A DNA stretch of 61,737 nt, the filler included, from a candidate division TA06 bacterium SM23_40 (GTDB lineage Bacteria > LJUI01 > SM1-40), in the NCBI GenBank assembly GCA_001303705.1. It is 4 parts of 4 records of this genome, joined end to end, with 100 filler letters (N's around TTAATTAATTAA, not from the genome) between each part and the next. Parts side by side here need not be neighbours in the genome. Positions count along the whole stretch, not along the records: positions 51,706 to 61,737 come from LJUI01000090.1; 3 more parts are not named here. One strand, written 5' to 3'. Both the position numbers and the translations under genes were made by a program. Numbering within the stretch: the first letter of the stretch is position 1; every line of letters starts with the position of its first letter. A model generated the notes under the pieces. The model was given only the letters and a program-made list of their open reading frames with translations. It was not told the DNA's origin and searched no databases. This document shows, one piece after another, positions 61,641 to 61,737 of this stretch.

Positions 61641-61737
61641 TCAGAAAGTCCGGGCGATCAAGTAACGGCCCCACGCAGCCAACAGGTCTTTGTACCGCGA
61701 ATCCGGCAACACATCCAGAAACTCGAATGCACTATCG
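61641..61737 (-). CDS. 3' end of a probable polyprenyl synthetase (IspA-like), partial
   Basis: ..DSAFEFLDVLPDSRYKDLLAAWGRYLIARTF*; fits the usual ispA-DUF212-dxs order. Confidence 0.5.
   Translation of the reverse strand, partial: DSAFEFLDVLPDSRYKDLLAAWGRYLIARTF

Overview
GC-rich bacterial sequence made of four contigs joined by artificial N/TTAATTAATTAA/N linkers (about 31277-31376, 41447-41546, 51606-51705), so adjacency across the gaps means nothing. Gene content (PorV-like protein, FlgD/T9SS-like C-terminal domains, gingipain, TonB receptor, Mvh/Hdr) suggests an anaerobic diderm near the FCB group, possibly a candidate phylum; this is inference only. The centrepiece is a ~17 kb minus-strand operon (5267-22091) behind a sigma70 promoter and a Rex-like operator. 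It encodes a group 3c [NiFe]-hydrogenase (MvhAG, Sec-containing MvhD), HdrBC, HypAB, a HydB/NuoF-GltD fusion, a HydD-like ferredoxin and a DRTGG/CBS-kinase/PHP/HATPase cassette. Its HdrA appears split into two genes ~6.5 kb apart: the N-terminal part is fused to NuoE/HydC and the rest to a NuoG/HydA-type N-terminus. A second highlight is an exported Omp28/thioredoxin-like protein with an in-frame TGA in a UxxC motif and a SECIS-like hairpin, a probable selenoprotein truncated in the ORF track. The rest comprises bshA/bshC, gatCAB, uvrD/pcrA, nadE, the start of an EPS export locus, ccmABCD, copA, MATE, asnS, dxs and secreted proteins. No rRNA, tRNA, CRISPR array or transposase was recognised.
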